From the human T2T-CHM13v2.0 reference genome, Homo sapiens: a DNA stretch of 64,000 nt. How positions within the stretch are numbered: the first letter of the stretch is position 1; the number at the start of each line of letters is the position of its first letter. This document shows positions 25,532 through 42,200 of the stretch, piece by piece. The notes beneath the pieces are model-generated. The model made no database searches. It saw only the letters and a list, made by a program, of their open reading frames with translations, and was not told where the DNA came from. The DNA lies in assembly GCF_009914755.1 (NCBI RefSeq), contig NC_060939.1. The stretch is one strand, 5' to 3'. A program made the position numbers and the translations under genes.

Positions 25532-28500
25532 TTGAGTCCATTCAATTCCATTCCTTTCGTTTCCATTCCATTTGATGCCATTCCATTCAATTCTGTTCTA
25601 CTCGACTCCAATACATTCAATTCCATTCCATCCGATTCCATTACATTCTTTTCATTTCTTATCCATTTCAAGCCATTCCACTCCATTCCATTCCACTCGT
25701 TTCCTTTCCATTCCAGTCCATTCCTCTCCAGTCCATTCCGTTCAATCCATTGCATTCCAGTCCATTCCATTCGAGTCCGTTCCATTCCAGTCCATTCCAT
25801 TCGAGTCAATTCCATTCCATTCGATGTCTTTCCATAACGATCCATTCCATTCTATTCCTTTCGATTCCATTCCATTCTATTTCATTCCATTCGATTCCCT
25901 TCCATTGGACTCCTTTCCATTCGAGTGCATTCCATTCCGTTCCATTTCTTTCCGTTCTGTACGATTCCTACCGTTCGATTTCATTTTGTTCCAGTCCATT
26001 CTTTCGCGTCCATTCCATTCCATTTCACTCCATTCGATTCCATTCCACTCGATTCCACTTCGTTCCATTTCATTGCATTCCATTCTATTCAACTCTATTG
26101 CCTTCCATTCCATTCCATTCCATTACATTCCATGCGATTCCATTCGAAATCGAATCAATTACATTGCAATCCATTACTATTGAGTCCGTTTTATTCCAGT
26201 CCACTGCATTCTGGTCCATTCCATTTGATTCCATTCCATTCTATTCCATTCCATACAGTTGCATTCCATTGGATTCCATGCTATATCTATAAATTCAATT
26301 CGAGACCATTGCTTTTGAGTCCATTCTATATGATTCCATTCCATTCAAGTCCATTACATTTGGTTAAATTCCATTCCATTCGGTTCAATTCCATTCCATT
26401 CCATTCCCTTCCATTCCATTCCAGTTGATATCAATCCATTCGATTCCATTCCATTCGAGCACATTCCATTCGAGTCCATTCCATTCGATGCCATTCCATT
26501 TGATTCTATTCCATTAGTCTCCATTCAATTCCATTAATCTCCATTCCATTCCATTCTACTCCAACTGATTCCATTCCATTCTATTCCTTTTTATTCCATT
26601 TCATTCCATTCCATTCCATTCCATTCCATTCCATTCGTGTCCATTCCACTCCAGTCCATTCCATTCGTATCCATTCCATTCCAGTCCATTCCATTTGTGT
26701 CCACTGCATTCCATTCCACTCCATTCCATATTATTCCATTACACTCCATTCCATTCTATTACTTTCATTTCCATTCAATTCCATTCCATTTGATTCCATT
26801 CCACTCGGTTTCATTCCATTTGAGTCCACTCCATTCCATTCCATTCCATTCAGTTCCATTCCATTCTGTTCCATTCCATTCCGTTCCATTCCATTCCATT
26901 CCATTCGGTACCATTCCATATTGTTCCATTCGATTCCATTCGAATCCATTCCATTCCAGTCCATTCCATTCGATTCCATTCCATTCCTTTCAATTCCATT
27001 CCATTCCATTCCATTACATTCCACTTGATTCCTCTCCATTCCCTTCCACTGCATTCCGTTCGATTCCATTCCATTGCATTGCATTCCATTCCATTGGATT
27101 GCATTCCATTCGATTCCATTCCATTCGAATCAATTACATAGCAATCCATTACATTCGAGTCTATTCTCTTCCGTTCCATTCGATTTCGTTCCAATCCATT
27201 CGATTCCATTCCATTCGATTCCATTCCATACTATTGCATTCCATTCGATTACATTATATTCGAATAAGTTCCATTCAAGACCATTTCTTTTGAGTCCATT
27301 CTATTTGAGTCCATTCCCTTTGATTCCATAACATTTGAGTCCATTCAATTCCATTCCTTTCGTTTCCATTCCATTTGATGCCATTCCATTCAATTCTGTT
27401 CTACTCGACTCCAATACATTCAATTCCATTCCATCCGATTCCATTACATTCTTTTCATTTCTTATCCATTTCAAGCCATTCCACTCCATTCCATTCCACT
27501 CGTTTCCTTTCCATTCGAGTCCATTCCTCTCCAGTCCATTCCGTTCAATCCATTCCATTCCAGTCCATTCCATTCGAGTCCGTTCCATTCCAGTCCATTC
27601 CATTCGAGTCAATTCCATTCCATTCGATGTCTTTCCATAACGATCCATTCCATTCTATTCCTTTCGACTCCATTCCATTCTATTTCATTCCATTCGATTC
27701 CCTTCCATTGGACTCCTTTCCATTCGAGTGCATTCCATTCCGTTCCATTTCTTTCCGTTCTCTACGATTCCTACCGTTCGATTTCATTTTGTTCCAGTCC
27801 ATTCCTTTCGCGTCCATTCCATTCCATTTCACTCGATTGGATTCCATTCCACTCGATTCCACTTCGTTCCATTTCATTGCATTCCATTCTATTCAACTCT
27901 ATTGCCTTCCATTCCATTCCATTCGATTACATTCCATGCGATTCCATTCGAAATCGAATCAATTACATTGCAAACCATTACTATTGAGTCCGTTTTATTC
28001 CAGTCCACTGCATTCTGGTCCATTCCATTTGATTCCATTCCATTCTATTCCATTCCATACAGTTGCATTCCATTGGATTCCATGCTATATCTATAAATTC
28101 AATTCGAGACCATTGCTTTTGAGTCCATTCTATACGATTCCATTCCATTCAAGTCCATTACATTTGGTTCAATTCCATTCCATTCCATTCCCTTCCATTC
28201 CATTCCATTTGATATCAATCCATTCGATTCCATTCCATTCGAGCACATTCCATTCGAGTCCATTCCATTCGATGCCATTCCATTTGATTCTATTCCATTA
28301 GTCTCCATTCAATTCCATTAATCTCCATTCCATTCCATTCTAATCCAACTGATTCCATTCCATTCTATTCCTTTCCATTCCATTTCATTCCATTCCATTC
28401 CATTTCATTCCATTCCATTCCATTCGTGTCCATTCCACTCCAGTCCATTCCATTCGTGTCCATTCCATTCCAGTCCATTCCATTTGTGTCCACTGCATTC

Positions 28501-31500
28501 CATTCCACTCCATTCCATATTATTCCATTACACTCCATTCCATTCTATTACTTTCATTTCCATTCAATTCCACTCCATTTGATTCCATTCCACTCGGTTT
28601 CATTCCATTTGAGTCCACTCCATTCCATTCCATTCCATTCCATTCAGTTCCATTCCATTCCGTTCCATTACATTCCATTCCATTCGGTACCATTCCATAT
28701 TGTTCCATTCGATTCCATTCGAATCCATTCCATTCCAGTCCATTCCATTCGATTCCATTCCATTCATTTCAATTCCATTCCATTCCATTCCATTCCATTC
28801 CACTTGATTCCTCTCCATTCCCTTCCACTGCATTCCGTTCGATTCCATTCCATTGCATTGCATTCCATTCCTTTGGATTGCATTCCATTCGATTCCATTC
28901 CATTCGAATCAATTACATAGCAATCCATTACATTCGAGTCTATTCTATTCCTTTCCATTCGATTTCGTTCCAATCCATTCGATTCCATTCCATTCGATTC
29001 CATTCCATACTATTGCATTCCATTCGATTACATTATATTCGAATAAGTTCCATTCAAGACCATTTCTTTTGAGTCCTTTCTATTTGAGTCCATTCCCTTT
29101 GATTCCATAACATTTGAGTCCATTCAATTCCATTCCTTTCGTTTCCATTCCATTTGATGCCATTCCATTCAATTCTGTTCTACTCGACTCCAATACATTC
29201 AATTCCATTCCATCCGATTCCATTACATTCTTTTCATTTCTTATCCATTTCAAGCCATTCCACTCGATTCCATTCCACTCGTTTCCTTTCCATTCGAGTC
29301 CATTCCTCTCCAGTCCATTCCGTTCAATCCATTCCATTCCAGTCCATTCCATTCGAGTCCGTTCCATTCCAGTCCATTCCATTCGAGTCAATTCCATCCC
29401 ATTCGATGTCTTTCCATAACGATCCATTCCATTCTATTCCTTTCGATTCCATTCCATTCTATTTCATTCCATTCGATTCCCTTCCATTGGACTCCTTTCC
29501 ATTCGAGTGCATTCCATTCCGTTCCATTTCTTTCCGTTCTGTACGATTCCTACCGTTCGATTTCATTTTGTTCCAGTCCATTCCTTTCGCGTCCATTCCA
29601 TTCCATTTCACTCCATTCGATTCCATTCCACTCGATTCCACTTCGTTCCATATCATTGCATTCCATTCTATTCAACTCTATTGCCTTCCATTCCATTCCA
29701 TTCGATTACATTCCATGCGATTCCATTCGAAATCGAATCAATTACATTGCAATCCATTACTATTGAGTCCATTTTATTCCAGTCCACTGCATTCTGGTCC
29801 ATTCCATTTGATTCCATTCCATTCTATTCCATTCCATACAGTTGCATTCCATTGAACTCCATTGTATATCTATAAATTCAATTCGAGACCATTGCTTTTG
29901 AGTCCATTCTATATGATTCCATTCCATTCAAGTCCATTACATTTGGTTCAATTCCATTCCATTCCATTCCCTTCCATTCCATTCCAGTTGATATCAATCC
30001 ATTCGATTCCATTCCATTCGAGCACATTCCATTCGAGTCCATTCCATTCGATGCCATTCCATTTGATTCTATTCCATTAGTCTCCATTCAATTCCATTAA
30101 TCTGCATTCCATTCCATTCTAATCCAACTGATTCCATTCCATTCTATTCCTTTCCATTCCATTTCATTCCATTCCATTCCATTTCATTCCATTCCATTCC
30201 ATTCCATTCCATTCGCTTCCATTCCATTCGTGTCCATTGCATTCCAGTCCATTCCATTTGTGTCCACTGCATTCCATTCCACTCCATTCCATATTATTCC
30301 ATTACACTCCATTCCATTCTATTACTTTCATTTCCATTGAATTCCATTCCATTTGATTCCATTCCACTCGGTTTCATTCCATTTGAGTCCACTCCACTCC
30401 ATTCCATTCCATTCCGTTCCATTCAGTTCCATTCCATTCTGTTCCATTCCATTCCGTTCCATTGCATTCCATTCCATTCGGTACCATTCCATATTGTTCC
30501 ATTCGATTCCATTCGAATCCATTCCATTCCAGTCCATTCCATTCGATTCCATTCCATTCCTTTCAATTCCATTCCATTCCATTCCATTCCACTTGATTCC
30601 ACTCCATTCCCTTCCACTGCATTCCATTGTATTGCATTCCATTCCATTGGACTGCATTCCATTCGATTCCATTCCATTCGAATCAATTACATAGCAATCC
30701 ATTACATTCGAGTCTATTCTATTCCGTTCCATTCGATTTCGTTCCAATCCATTCGATTCCATTCCATTCGATTCCATTCCATACTATTGCATTCCATTCG
30801 ATTACATTATATTCGAATAAGTTCCATTCAAGACCATTTCTTTTGAGTCCATTCTATTTGAGTCCATTCCCTTTGATTCCATAACATTTGAGTCCATTCA
30901 ATTCCATTCCTTTCGTTTCCATTCCATTTGATGCCATTCCATTCAATTCTGTTCTACTCGACTCCAATACATTCAATTCCATTCCATCCGATTCCATTAC
31001 ATTCTTTTCATTTCTTATCCATTTCAAGCCATTCCACTCCATTCCATTCCACTCGTTTCCTTTCCATTCGAGTCCATTCCTCTCCAGTCCATTCCGTTCA
31101 ATCCATTCCATTCCAGTCCATTCCATTCGAGTCTGTTCCATTCCAGTCCATTCCATTCGAGTCAATTCCATCCCATTCGATGTCTTTCCATAACGATCCA
31201 TTCCATTCTATTCCTTTCGATTCCATTCCATTCTATTTCATTCCATTCGATTCCCTTCCATTGGACTCCTTTCCATTCGAGTGCATTCCATTCCGTTCCA
31301 TTTCTTTCCGTTCTGTACGATTCCTACCGTTCGATTTCATTTTCTTCCAGTCCATTCTTTCGCGTCCATTCCATTCCATTTCACTCCATTCGATTCCATT
31401 CCACTCGATTCCACTTCGTTCCATTTCATTGCATTCCATTCTATTCAACTCTATTGCCTTCCATTCCATTCCATTCGATTACATTCCATGCGATTCCATT

Positions 31501-34500
31501 CGAAATCGAATCAATTACATTGCAATCCATTACTATTGAGTCCGTTTTATTCCAGTCCACTGCATTCTGGTCCATTCCATTTGATTCCATTCCATTCTAT
31601 TCCATTCCATACAGTTGCATTCCATTGGATTCCATGCTATATCTATAAATTCAATTCGAGACCATTGCTTTTGAGTCCATTCTATATGATTCCATTCCAT
31701 TCAAGTCCATTACATTTGGTTAAATTCCATTCCATTCGGTTCAATTCCATTCCATTCCATTCCCTTCCATTCCATTCCAGTTGATATCAATCCATTCGAT
31801 TCCATTCCATTCGAGCACATTCCATTCGAGTCCATTCCATTCGATGCCATTCCATTTGATTCTATTCCATTAGTCTCCATTCAATTCCATTAATCTCCAT
31901 TCCATTCCATTCTACTCCAACTGATTCCATTCCATTCTGTTCCTTTCCATTCCATTTCATTCCATTCCATTCCATTCCATTCCATTCCATTCCATTCCAT
32001 TCGTGTCCATTCCACTCCAGTCCATTCCATTCGTATCCATTCCATTCCAGTCCATTCCATTTGTGTCCACTGCATTCCATTCCACTCCATTCCATATTAT
32101 TCCATTACACTCCATTCCATTCTATTACTTTCATTTCCATTCAATTCCATTCCATTTGATTCCATTCCACTCGGTTTCATTCCATTTGAGTCCACTCCAT
32201 TCCATTCCATTCCATTCAGTTCCATTCGATTCTGTTCCATTCCATTCCGTTCCGTTACATTCCATTCCTTTCGGTACCATTCCATATTGTTCCATTCGAT
32301 TCCATTCGAATCCATTCCATTCCAGTCCATTCCATTCGATTTCATTCCATTCATTTCAATTCCATTCCATTCCATTCCATTACATTCCACTTGATTCCTC
32401 TCCATTCCCTTCCACTGCATTCCGTTCGATTCCATTCCATTGCATTGCATTCCATTCCATTGGATTGCATTCCATTCGATTCCATTCCATTCGAATCAAT
32501 TACATAGCAATCCATTACTTTCGAGTCTATTCTCTTCCGTTCCATTCGATTTCGTTCCAATCCATTCGATTCCATTCCATTCGATTCCATTCCATACTAT
32601 TGCATTCCATTCGATTACATTATATTCGAATAAGTTCCATTCAAGACCATTTCTTTTGAGTCCATTCTATTTGAGTCCATTCCCTTTGATTCCATAACAT
32701 TTGAGTCCATTCAATTCCATTCCTTTCGTTTCCATTCCATTTGATGCCATTCCATTCAATTCTGTTCTACTCGACTCCAATACATTCAATTCCATTCCTT
32801 CCGATTCCATTACATTCTTTTCATTTCTTATCCATTTCAAGCCATTCCACTCCATTCCATTCCACTCGTTTCCTTTCCATTCGAGTCCATTCCTCTCCAG
32901 TCCATTCCGTTCAATCCATTCCATTCCAGTCCATTCCATTCGAGTCCGTTCCATTCCAGTCCATTCCATTCGAGTCAATTCCATTCCATTCGATGTCTTT
33001 CCATAACGATCCATTCCATTCTATTCCTTTCGATTCCATTCCATTCTATTTCATTCCATTCGATTCCCTTCCATTGGACTCCTTTCCATTCGAGTGCATT
33101 CCATTCCGTTCCATTTCTTTCCGTTCTGTACGATTCCTACCGTTCGATTCCATTTTGTTCCAGTCCATTCTTTCGCGTCCATTCCATTCCATTTCACTCC
33201 ATTCGATTCCATTCCACTCGATTCCACTTCGTTCCATTTCATTGCATTCCATTCTATTCAACTCTATTGCCTTCCATTCCATTCCATTCCATTACATTCC
33301 ATGCGATTCCATTCGAAATCGAATCAATTACATTGCAATCCATTACTATTGAGTCCATTTTATTCCAGTCCACTGCATTCTGGTCCATTCCATTTGATTC
33401 CATTCCATTCTATTCCATTCCATACAGTTGCATTCCATTGAACTCCATTTTATATCTATAAATTCAATTCGAGACCATTGCTTTCGAGGCCATTCTATAT
33501 GATTCCATTCCATTCAAGTCCATTACATTTGGTTCAATTCCATTCCATTCCATTCCCTTCCATTCCATTCCAGTTGATATCAATCCATTCGATTCCATTC
33601 CATTCGAGCACATTCCATTCGAGTCCATTCCATTCGATGCCATTCCATTTGATTCTATTCCATTAGTCTCCATTCAATTCCATTAATCTCCATTCCATTC
33701 CATTCTACTCCAACTGATTCCATTCCATTCTATTCCTTTCCATTCCATTTCATTCCATTCCATTCCATTTCATTCCATTCCATTCCATTCCATTCCATTC
33801 GCTTCCATTCCATTCGTGTCCATTGCATTCCAGTCCATTCCATTTGTGTCCACTGCATTCCATTCCACTCCATTCCATATTATTCCATTACACTCCATTC
33901 CATTCTATTACTTTCATTTCCATTGAATTCCATTCCATTTGATTCCATTCCACTCGGTTTCATTCCATTTGAGTCCACTCCACTCCATTCCATTCCATTC
34001 CATTCCATTCAGTTCCATTCCATTCTGTTCCATTCCATTCCGTTCCATTGCATTCCATTCCATTCGGTACCATTCCATATTGTTCCATTCGATTCCATTC
34101 GAATCCATTCCATTCCAGTCCATTCCATTCGATTCCATTCCATTCCTTTCAATTCCATTCCATTCCATTCCATTCCACTTGATTCCACTCCATTCCCTTC
34201 CACTGCATTCCATTGCATTGCATTCCATTCCATTGGACTGCATTCCATTCGATTCCATTCCATTCGAATCAATTACATAGCAATCCATTACATTCGAGTC
34301 TATTCTATTCCGTTCCATTCGATTTCGTTCCAATCCATTCGATTCCATTCCATTCGATTCCATTCCATACTATTGCATTCCATTCTATTACATTATATTC
34401 GAATAAGTTCCATTCAAGACCATTTCTTTTGAGTCCATTCTATTTGAGTCCATTCCCTTTGATTCCATAACATTTGAGTCCATTCAATTCCATTCCTTTC

Positions 34501-36286
34501 GTTTCCATTCCATTTGATGCCATTCCATTCAATTCTGTTCTACTCGACTCCAATACATTCAATTCCATTCCATCCGATTCCATTACATTCTTTTCATTTC
34601 TTATCCATTTCAAGCCATTCCACTCCATTCCATTCCACTCGTTTCCTTTCCATTCGAGTCCATTCCTCTCCAGTCCATTCCGTTCAATCCATTCCATTCC
34701 AGTCCATTCCATTCGAGTCTGTTCCATTCCAGTCCATTCCATTCGAGTCAATTCCATCCCATTCGATGTCTTTCCATAACGATCCATTCCATTCTATTCC
34801 TTTCGATTCCATTCCATTCTATTTCATTCCATTCGATTCCCTTCCATTGGACTCCTTTCCATTCGAGTGCATTCCATTCCGTTCCATTTCTTTCCGTTCT
34901 GTACGATTCCTACCGTTCGATTTCATTTTCTTCCAGTCCATTCTTTCGCGTCCATTCCATTCCATTTCACTCCATTCGATTCCATTCCACTCGATTCCAC
35001 TTCGTTCCATTTCATTGCATTCCATTCTATTCAACTCTATTGCCTTCCATTCCATTCCATTCGATTACATTCCATGCGATTCCATTCGAAATCGAATCAA
35101 TTACATTGCAATCCATTGCTATTGAGTCCGTTTTATTCCAGTCCACTGCATTCTGGTCCATTCCATTTGATTCCATTCCATTCTATTCCATTCCATACAG
35201 TTGCATTCCATTGGATTCCATGCTATATCTATAAATTCAATTCGAGACCATTGCTTTTGAGTCCATTCTATATGATTCCATTCCATTCAAGTCCATTACA
35301 TTTGGTTAAATTCCATTCCATTCGGTTCAATTCCATTCCATTCCATTCCCTTCCATTCCATTCCAGTTGATATCAATCCATTCGATTCCATTCCATTCGA
35401 GCACATTCCATTCGAGTCCATTCCATTCGATGCCATTCCATTTGATTCTATTCCATTAGTCTCCATTCAATTCCATTAATCTCCATTCCATTCCATTCTA
35501 CTCCAACTGATTCCATTCCATTCTGTTCCTTTCCATTCCATTTCATTCCATTCCATTCCATTCCATTCCATTCCATTCCATTCCATTCGTGTCCATTCCA
35601 CTCCAGTCCATTCCATTCGTATCCATTCCATTCCAGTCCATTCCATTTGTGTCCACTGCATTCCATTCCACTCCATTCCATATTATTCCATTACACTCCA
35701 TTCCATTCTATTACTTTCATTTCCATTCAATTCCATTCCATTTGATTCCATTCCACTCGGTTTCATTCCATTTGAGTCCACTCCATTCCATTCCATTCCA
35801 TTCAGTTCCATTCCATTCTGTTCCATTCCATTCCGTTCCGTTACATTCCATTCCATTCGGTACCATTCCATATTGTTCCATTCGATTCCATTCGAATCCA
35901 TTCCATTCCAGTCCATTCCATTCGATTCCATTCCATTCCTTTCAATTCCATTCCATTCCATTCCATTACATTCCACTTGATTCCTCTCCATTCCCTTCCA
36001 CTGCATTCCGTTCGATTCCATTCCATTGCATTGCATTCCATTCCATTGGATTGCATTCCATTCGATTCCATTCCATTCGAATCAATTACATAGCAATCCA
36101 TTACATTCGAGTCTATTCTCTTCCGTTCCATTCGATTTCGTTCCAATCCATTCGATTCCTTTCCATTCGATTCCATTCCATACTATTGCATTCCATTCGA
36201 TTACATTATATTCGAATAAGTTCCATTCAAGACCATTTCTTTTGAGTCCATTCTATTTGAGTCCATTCCCTTTGATTCCATAACAT
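25532..36286 (+). repeat. Six-monomer super-repeat, copy 2 (U15-U20, 10755 bp)
   Basis: Same length series as copy 1, with shared variants CCTTTTTATT, CTCTACG, CGATTGGATT, CTATACG, CATTGTATTG, TACTTTCGAG, CCTTCCGAT and GCTTTCGAG. Confidence 0.93.
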
Positions 36287-39200
36287 TTGAGTCCATTCAA
36301 TTCCATTCCTTTCGTTTCCATTCCATTTGATGCCATTCCATTCAATTCTGTTCTACTCGACTCCAATACATTCAATTCCATTCCATCCGATTCCATTACA
36401 TTCTTTTCATTTCTTATCCATTTCAAGCCATTCCACTCCATTCCATTCCACTCGTTTCCTTTCCATTCGAGTCCATTCCTCTCCAGTCCATTCCGTTCAA
36501 TCCATTCCATTCCAGTCCATTCCATTCGAGTCCGTTCCATTCCAGTCCATTCCATTCGAGTCAATTCCATTCCATTCGATGTCTTTCCATAACGATCCAT
36601 TCCATTCTATTCCTTTCGATTCCATTCCATTCTATTTCATTCCATTCGATTCCCTTCCATTGGACTCCTTTCCATTCGAGTGCATTCCATTCCGTTCCAT
36701 TTCTTTCCGTTCTGTACGATTCCTACCGTTCGATTTCATTTTGTTCCAGTCCATTCCTTTCGCGTCCATTCCATTCCATTTCACTCCATTCGATTCCATT
36801 CCACTCGATTCCACTTTGTTCCATTTCATTGCATTCCATTCTATTCAACTCTATTGCCTTCCATTCCATTCCATTCGATTACATTCCATGCGATTCCATT
36901 CGAAATCGAATCAATTACATTGCAAACCATTACTATTGAGTCCGTTTTATTCCAGTCCACTGCATTCTGGTCCATTCCATTTGATTCCATTCCATTCTAT
37001 TCCATTCCATACAGTTGCATTCCATTGGATTCCATGCTATATCTATAAATTCAATTCGAGACCATTGCTTTTGAGTCCATTCTATATGATTCCATTCCAT
37101 TCAAGTCCATTACATTTGGTTCAATTCCATTCCATTCGGTTCAATTCCATTCCATTCCATTCCCTTCCATTCCATTCCAGTTGATATCAATCCATTCGAT
37201 TCCATTCCATTCGAGCACATTCCATTCGAGTCCATTCCATTCGATGCCATTCCATTTGATTCTATTCCATTAGTCTCCATTCAATTCCATTAATCTCCAT
37301 TCCATTCCATTCTACTCCAACTGATTCCATTCCATTCTATTCCTTTCCATTCCATTTCATTCCATTCCATTCCATTCCATTCCATTCCATTCCATTCGTG
37401 ACCATTCCACTCCAGTCCATTCCATTCGTATCCATTCCATTCCAGTCCATTCCATTTGTGTCCACTGCATTCCATTCCACTCCATTCCATATTATTCCAT
37501 TACACTCCATTCCATTCTATTACTTTCATTTCCATTCAATTTCATTCCATTTGATTCCATTCCACTCGGTTTCATTCCATTTGAGTCCACTCCATTCCAT
37601 TCCATTCCATTCAGTTCCATTCCATTCTGTTCCATTCCATTCCGTTCCATTACATTCCATTCCATTCGGTACCATTCCATATTGTTCCATTCGATTCCAT
37701 TCGAATCCATTCCATTCCAGTCCATTCCATTCGATTCCATTCCATTCATTTCAATTCCATTCCATTCCATTCCATTACATTCCACTTGATTCCTCTCCAT
37801 TCCCTTCCACTGCATTCCGTTCGATTCCATTCCATTGCATTGCATTCCATTCCATTGGATTGCATTCCATTCGATTCCATTCCATTCGAATCAATTACAT
37901 AGCAATCCATTACATTCGAGTCTATTCTCTTCCGTTCCATTCGATTTCGTTCCAATCCATTCGATTCCATTCCATTCGATTCCATTCCATACTATTGCAT
38001 TCCATTCGATTACATTATATTCGAATACGTTCCATTCAAGACCATTTCTTTTGAGTCCATTCTATTTGAGTCCATTCCCTTTGATTCCATAACATTTGAG
38101 TCCATTCAATTCCATTCCTTTCGTTTCCATTCCATTTGATGCCATTCCATTCAATTCTGTTCTACTCGACTCCAATACATTCAATTCCATTCCATCCGAT
38201 TCCATTACATTCTTTTCATTTCTTATCCATTTCAAGCCATTCCACTCCATTCCATTCCACTCGTTTCCTTTCCATTCGAGTCCATTCCTCTCCAGTCCAT
38301 TCCGTTCAATCCATTCCATTCCAGTCCATTCCATTCGAGTCCGTTCCATTCCAGTCCATTCCATTCGAGTCAATTCCATTCCATTCGATGTCTTTCCATA
38401 ACGATCCATTCCATTCTATTCCTTTCGACTCCATTCCATTCTATTTCATTCCATTCGATTCCCTTCCATTGGACTCCTTTCCATTCGAGTGCATTCCATT
38501 CCGTTCCATTTCTTTCCGTTCTCTACGATTCCTACCGTTCGATTTCATTTTGTTCCAGTCCATTCCTTTCGCGTCCATTCCATTCCATTTCACTCGATTG
38601 GATTCCATTCCACTCGATTCCACTTCGTTCCATTTCATTGCATTCCATTCTATTCAACTCTATTGCCTTCCATTCCATTCCATTCGATTACATTCCATGC
38701 GATTCCATTCGAAATCGAATCAATTACATTGCAAACCATTACTATTGAGTCCGTTTTATTCCAGTCCACTGCATTCTGGTCCATTCCATTTGATTCCATT
38801 CCATTCTATTCCATTCCATACAGTTGCATTCCATTGGATTCCATGCTATATCTATAAATTCAATTCGAGACCATTGCTTTTGAGTCCATTCTATATGATT
38901 CCATTCCATTCAAGTCCATTACATTTGGTTCAATTCCATTCCATTCCATTCCCTTCCATTCCATTCCATTTGATATCAATCCATTCGATTCCATTCCATT
39001 CGAGCACATTCCATTCGAGTCCATTCCATTCGATGCCATTCCATTTGATTCTATTCCATTAGTCTCCATTCAATTCCATTAATCTCCATTCCATTCCATT
39101 CTAATCCAACTGATTCCATTCCATTCTATTCCTTTCCATTCCATTTCATTCCATTCCATTCCATTTCATTCCATTCCATTCCATTCGTGTCCATTCCACT

Positions 39201-42200
39201 CCAGTCCATTCCATTCGTGTCCATTCCATTCCAGTCCATTCCATTTGTGTCCACTGCATTCCATTCCACTCCATTCCATATTATTCCATTACACTCCATT
39301 CCATTCTATTACTTTCATTTCCATTCAATTCCACTCCATTTGATTCCATTCCACTCGGTTTCATTCCATTTGAGTCCACTCCATTCCATTCCATTCCATT
39401 CCATTCAGTTCCATTCCATTCCGTTCCATTACATTCCATTCCATTCGGTACCATTCCATATTGTTCCATTCGATTCCATTCGAATCCATTCCATTCCAGT
39501 CCATTCCATTCGATTCCATTCCATTCATTTCAATTCCATTCCATTCCATTCCATTCCATTCCACTTGATTCCTCTCCATTCCCTTCCACTGCATTCCGTT
39601 CGATTCCATTCCATTGCATTGCATTCCATTCCTTTGGATTGCATTCCATTCGATTCCATTCCATTCGAATCAATTACATAGCAATCCATTACATTCGAGT
39701 CTATTCTATTCCGTTCCATTCGATTTCGTTCCAATCCATTCGATTCCATTCCATTCGATTCCATTCCATACTATTGCATTCCATTCGATTACATTATATT
39801 CGAATAAGTTCCATTCAAGACCATTTCTTTTGAGTCCTTTCTATTTGAGTCCATTCCCTTTGATTCCATAACATTTGAGTCCATTCAATTCCATTCCTTT
39901 CGTTTCCATTCCATTTGATGCCATTCCATTCAATTCTGTTCTACTCGACTCCAATACATTCAATTCCATTCCATCCGATTCCATTACATTCTTTTCATTT
40001 CTTATCCATTTCAAGCCATTCCACTCGATTCCATTCCACTCGTTTCCTTTCCATTCGAGTCCATTCCTCTCCAGTCCATTCCGTTCAATCCATTCCATTC
40101 CAGTCCATTCCATTCGAGTCCGTTCCATTCCAGTCCATTCCATTCGAGTCAATTCCATCCCATTCGATGTCTTTCCATAACGATCCATTCCATTCTATTC
40201 CTTTCGATTCCATTCCATTCTATTTCATTCCATTCGATTCCCTTCCATTGGACTCCTTTCCATTCGAGTGCATTCCATTCCGTTCCATTTCTTTCCGTTC
40301 TGTACGATTCCTACCGTTCGATTTCATTTTGTTCCAGTCCATTCCTTTCGCGTCCATTCCATTCCATTTCACTCCATTCGATTCCATTCCACTCGATTCC
40401 ACTTCGTTCCATATCATTGCATTCCATTCTATTCAACTCTATTGCCTTCCATTCCATTCCATTCGATTACATTCCATGCGATTCCATTCGAAATCGAATC
40501 AATTACATTGCAATCCATTACTATTGAGTCCATTTTATTCCAGTCCACTGCATTCTGGTCCATTCCATTTGATTCCATTCCATTCTATTCCATTCCATAC
40601 AGTTGCATTCCATTGAACTCCATTGTATATCTATAAATTCAATTCGAGACCATTGCTTTTGAGTCCATTCTATATGATTCCATTCCATTCAAGTCCATTA
40701 CATTTGGTTCAATTCCATTCCATTCCATTCCCTTCCATTCCATTCCAGTTGATATCAATCCATTCGATTCCATTCCATTCGAGCACATTCCATTCGAGTC
40801 CATTCCATTCGATGCCATTCCATTTGATTCTATTCCATTAGTCTCCATTCAATTCCATTAATCTGCATTCCATTCCATTCTACTCCAACTGATTCCATTC
40901 CATTCTATTCCTTTCCATTCCATTTCATTCCATTCCATTCCATTTCAGTCCATTCCATTCCATTCCATTCCATTCGCTTCCATTCCATTCGTGTCCATTG
41001 CATTCCAGTCCATTCCATTTGTGTCCACTGCATTCCATTCCACTCCATTCCATATTATTCCATTACACTCCATTCCATTCTATTACTTTCATTTCCATTG
41101 AATTCCATTCCATTTGATTCCATTCCACTCGGTTTCATTCCATTTGAGTCCACTCCACTCCATTCCATTCCATTCCATTCCATTCAGTTCCATTCCATTC
41201 TGTTCCATTCCATTCCGTTCCATTGCATTCCATTCCATTCGGTACCATTCCATATTGTTCCATTCGATTCCATTCGAATCCATTCCATTCCAGTCCATTC
41301 CATTCGATTCCATTCCATTCCTTTCAATTCCATTCCATTCCATTCCATTCCACTTGATTCCACTCCATTCCCTTCCACTGCATTCCATTGCATTGCATTC
41401 CATTCCATTGGACTGCATTCCATTCGATTCCATTCCATTCGAATCAATTACATAGCAATCCATTACATTCGAGTCTATTCTATTCCGTTCCATTCGATTT
41501 CGTTCCAATCCATTCGATTCCATTCCATTCGATTCCATTCCATACTATTGCATTCCATTCTATTACATTATATTCGAATAAGTTCCATTCAAGACCATTT
41601 CTTTTGAGTCCATTCTATTTGAGTCCATTCCCTTTGATTCCATAACATTTGAGTCCATTCAATTCCATTCCTTTCGTTTCCATTCCATTTGATGCCATTC
41701 CATTCAATTCTGTTCTACTCGACTCCAATACATTCAATTCCATTCCATCCGATTCCATTACATTCTTTTCATTTCTTATCCATTTCAAGCCATTCCACTC
41801 CATTCCATTCCACTCGTTTCCTTTCCATTCGAGTCCATTCCTCTCCAGTCCATTCCGTTCAATCCATTCCATTCCAGTCCATTCCATTCGAGTCTGTTCC
41901 ATTCCAGTCCATTCCATTCGAGTCAATTCCATCCCATTCGATGTCTTTCCATAACGATCCATTCCATTCTATTCCTTTCGATTCCATTCCATTCTATTTC
42001 ATTCCATTCGATTCCCTTCCATTGGACTCCTTTCCATTCGAGTGCATTCCATTCCGTTCCATTTCTTTCCGTTCTGTACGATTCCTACCGTTCGATTTCA
42101 TTTTCTTCCAGTCCATTCTTTCGCGTCCATTCCATTCCATTTCACTCCATTCGATTCCATTCCACTCGATTCCACTTCGTTCCATTTCATTGCATTCCAT

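Noticed and set aside
33488-33491. Single HaeIII site (GGCC)
   Set aside because: It is a private T>G substitution in U19. It is useful as a marker only and could be an error.
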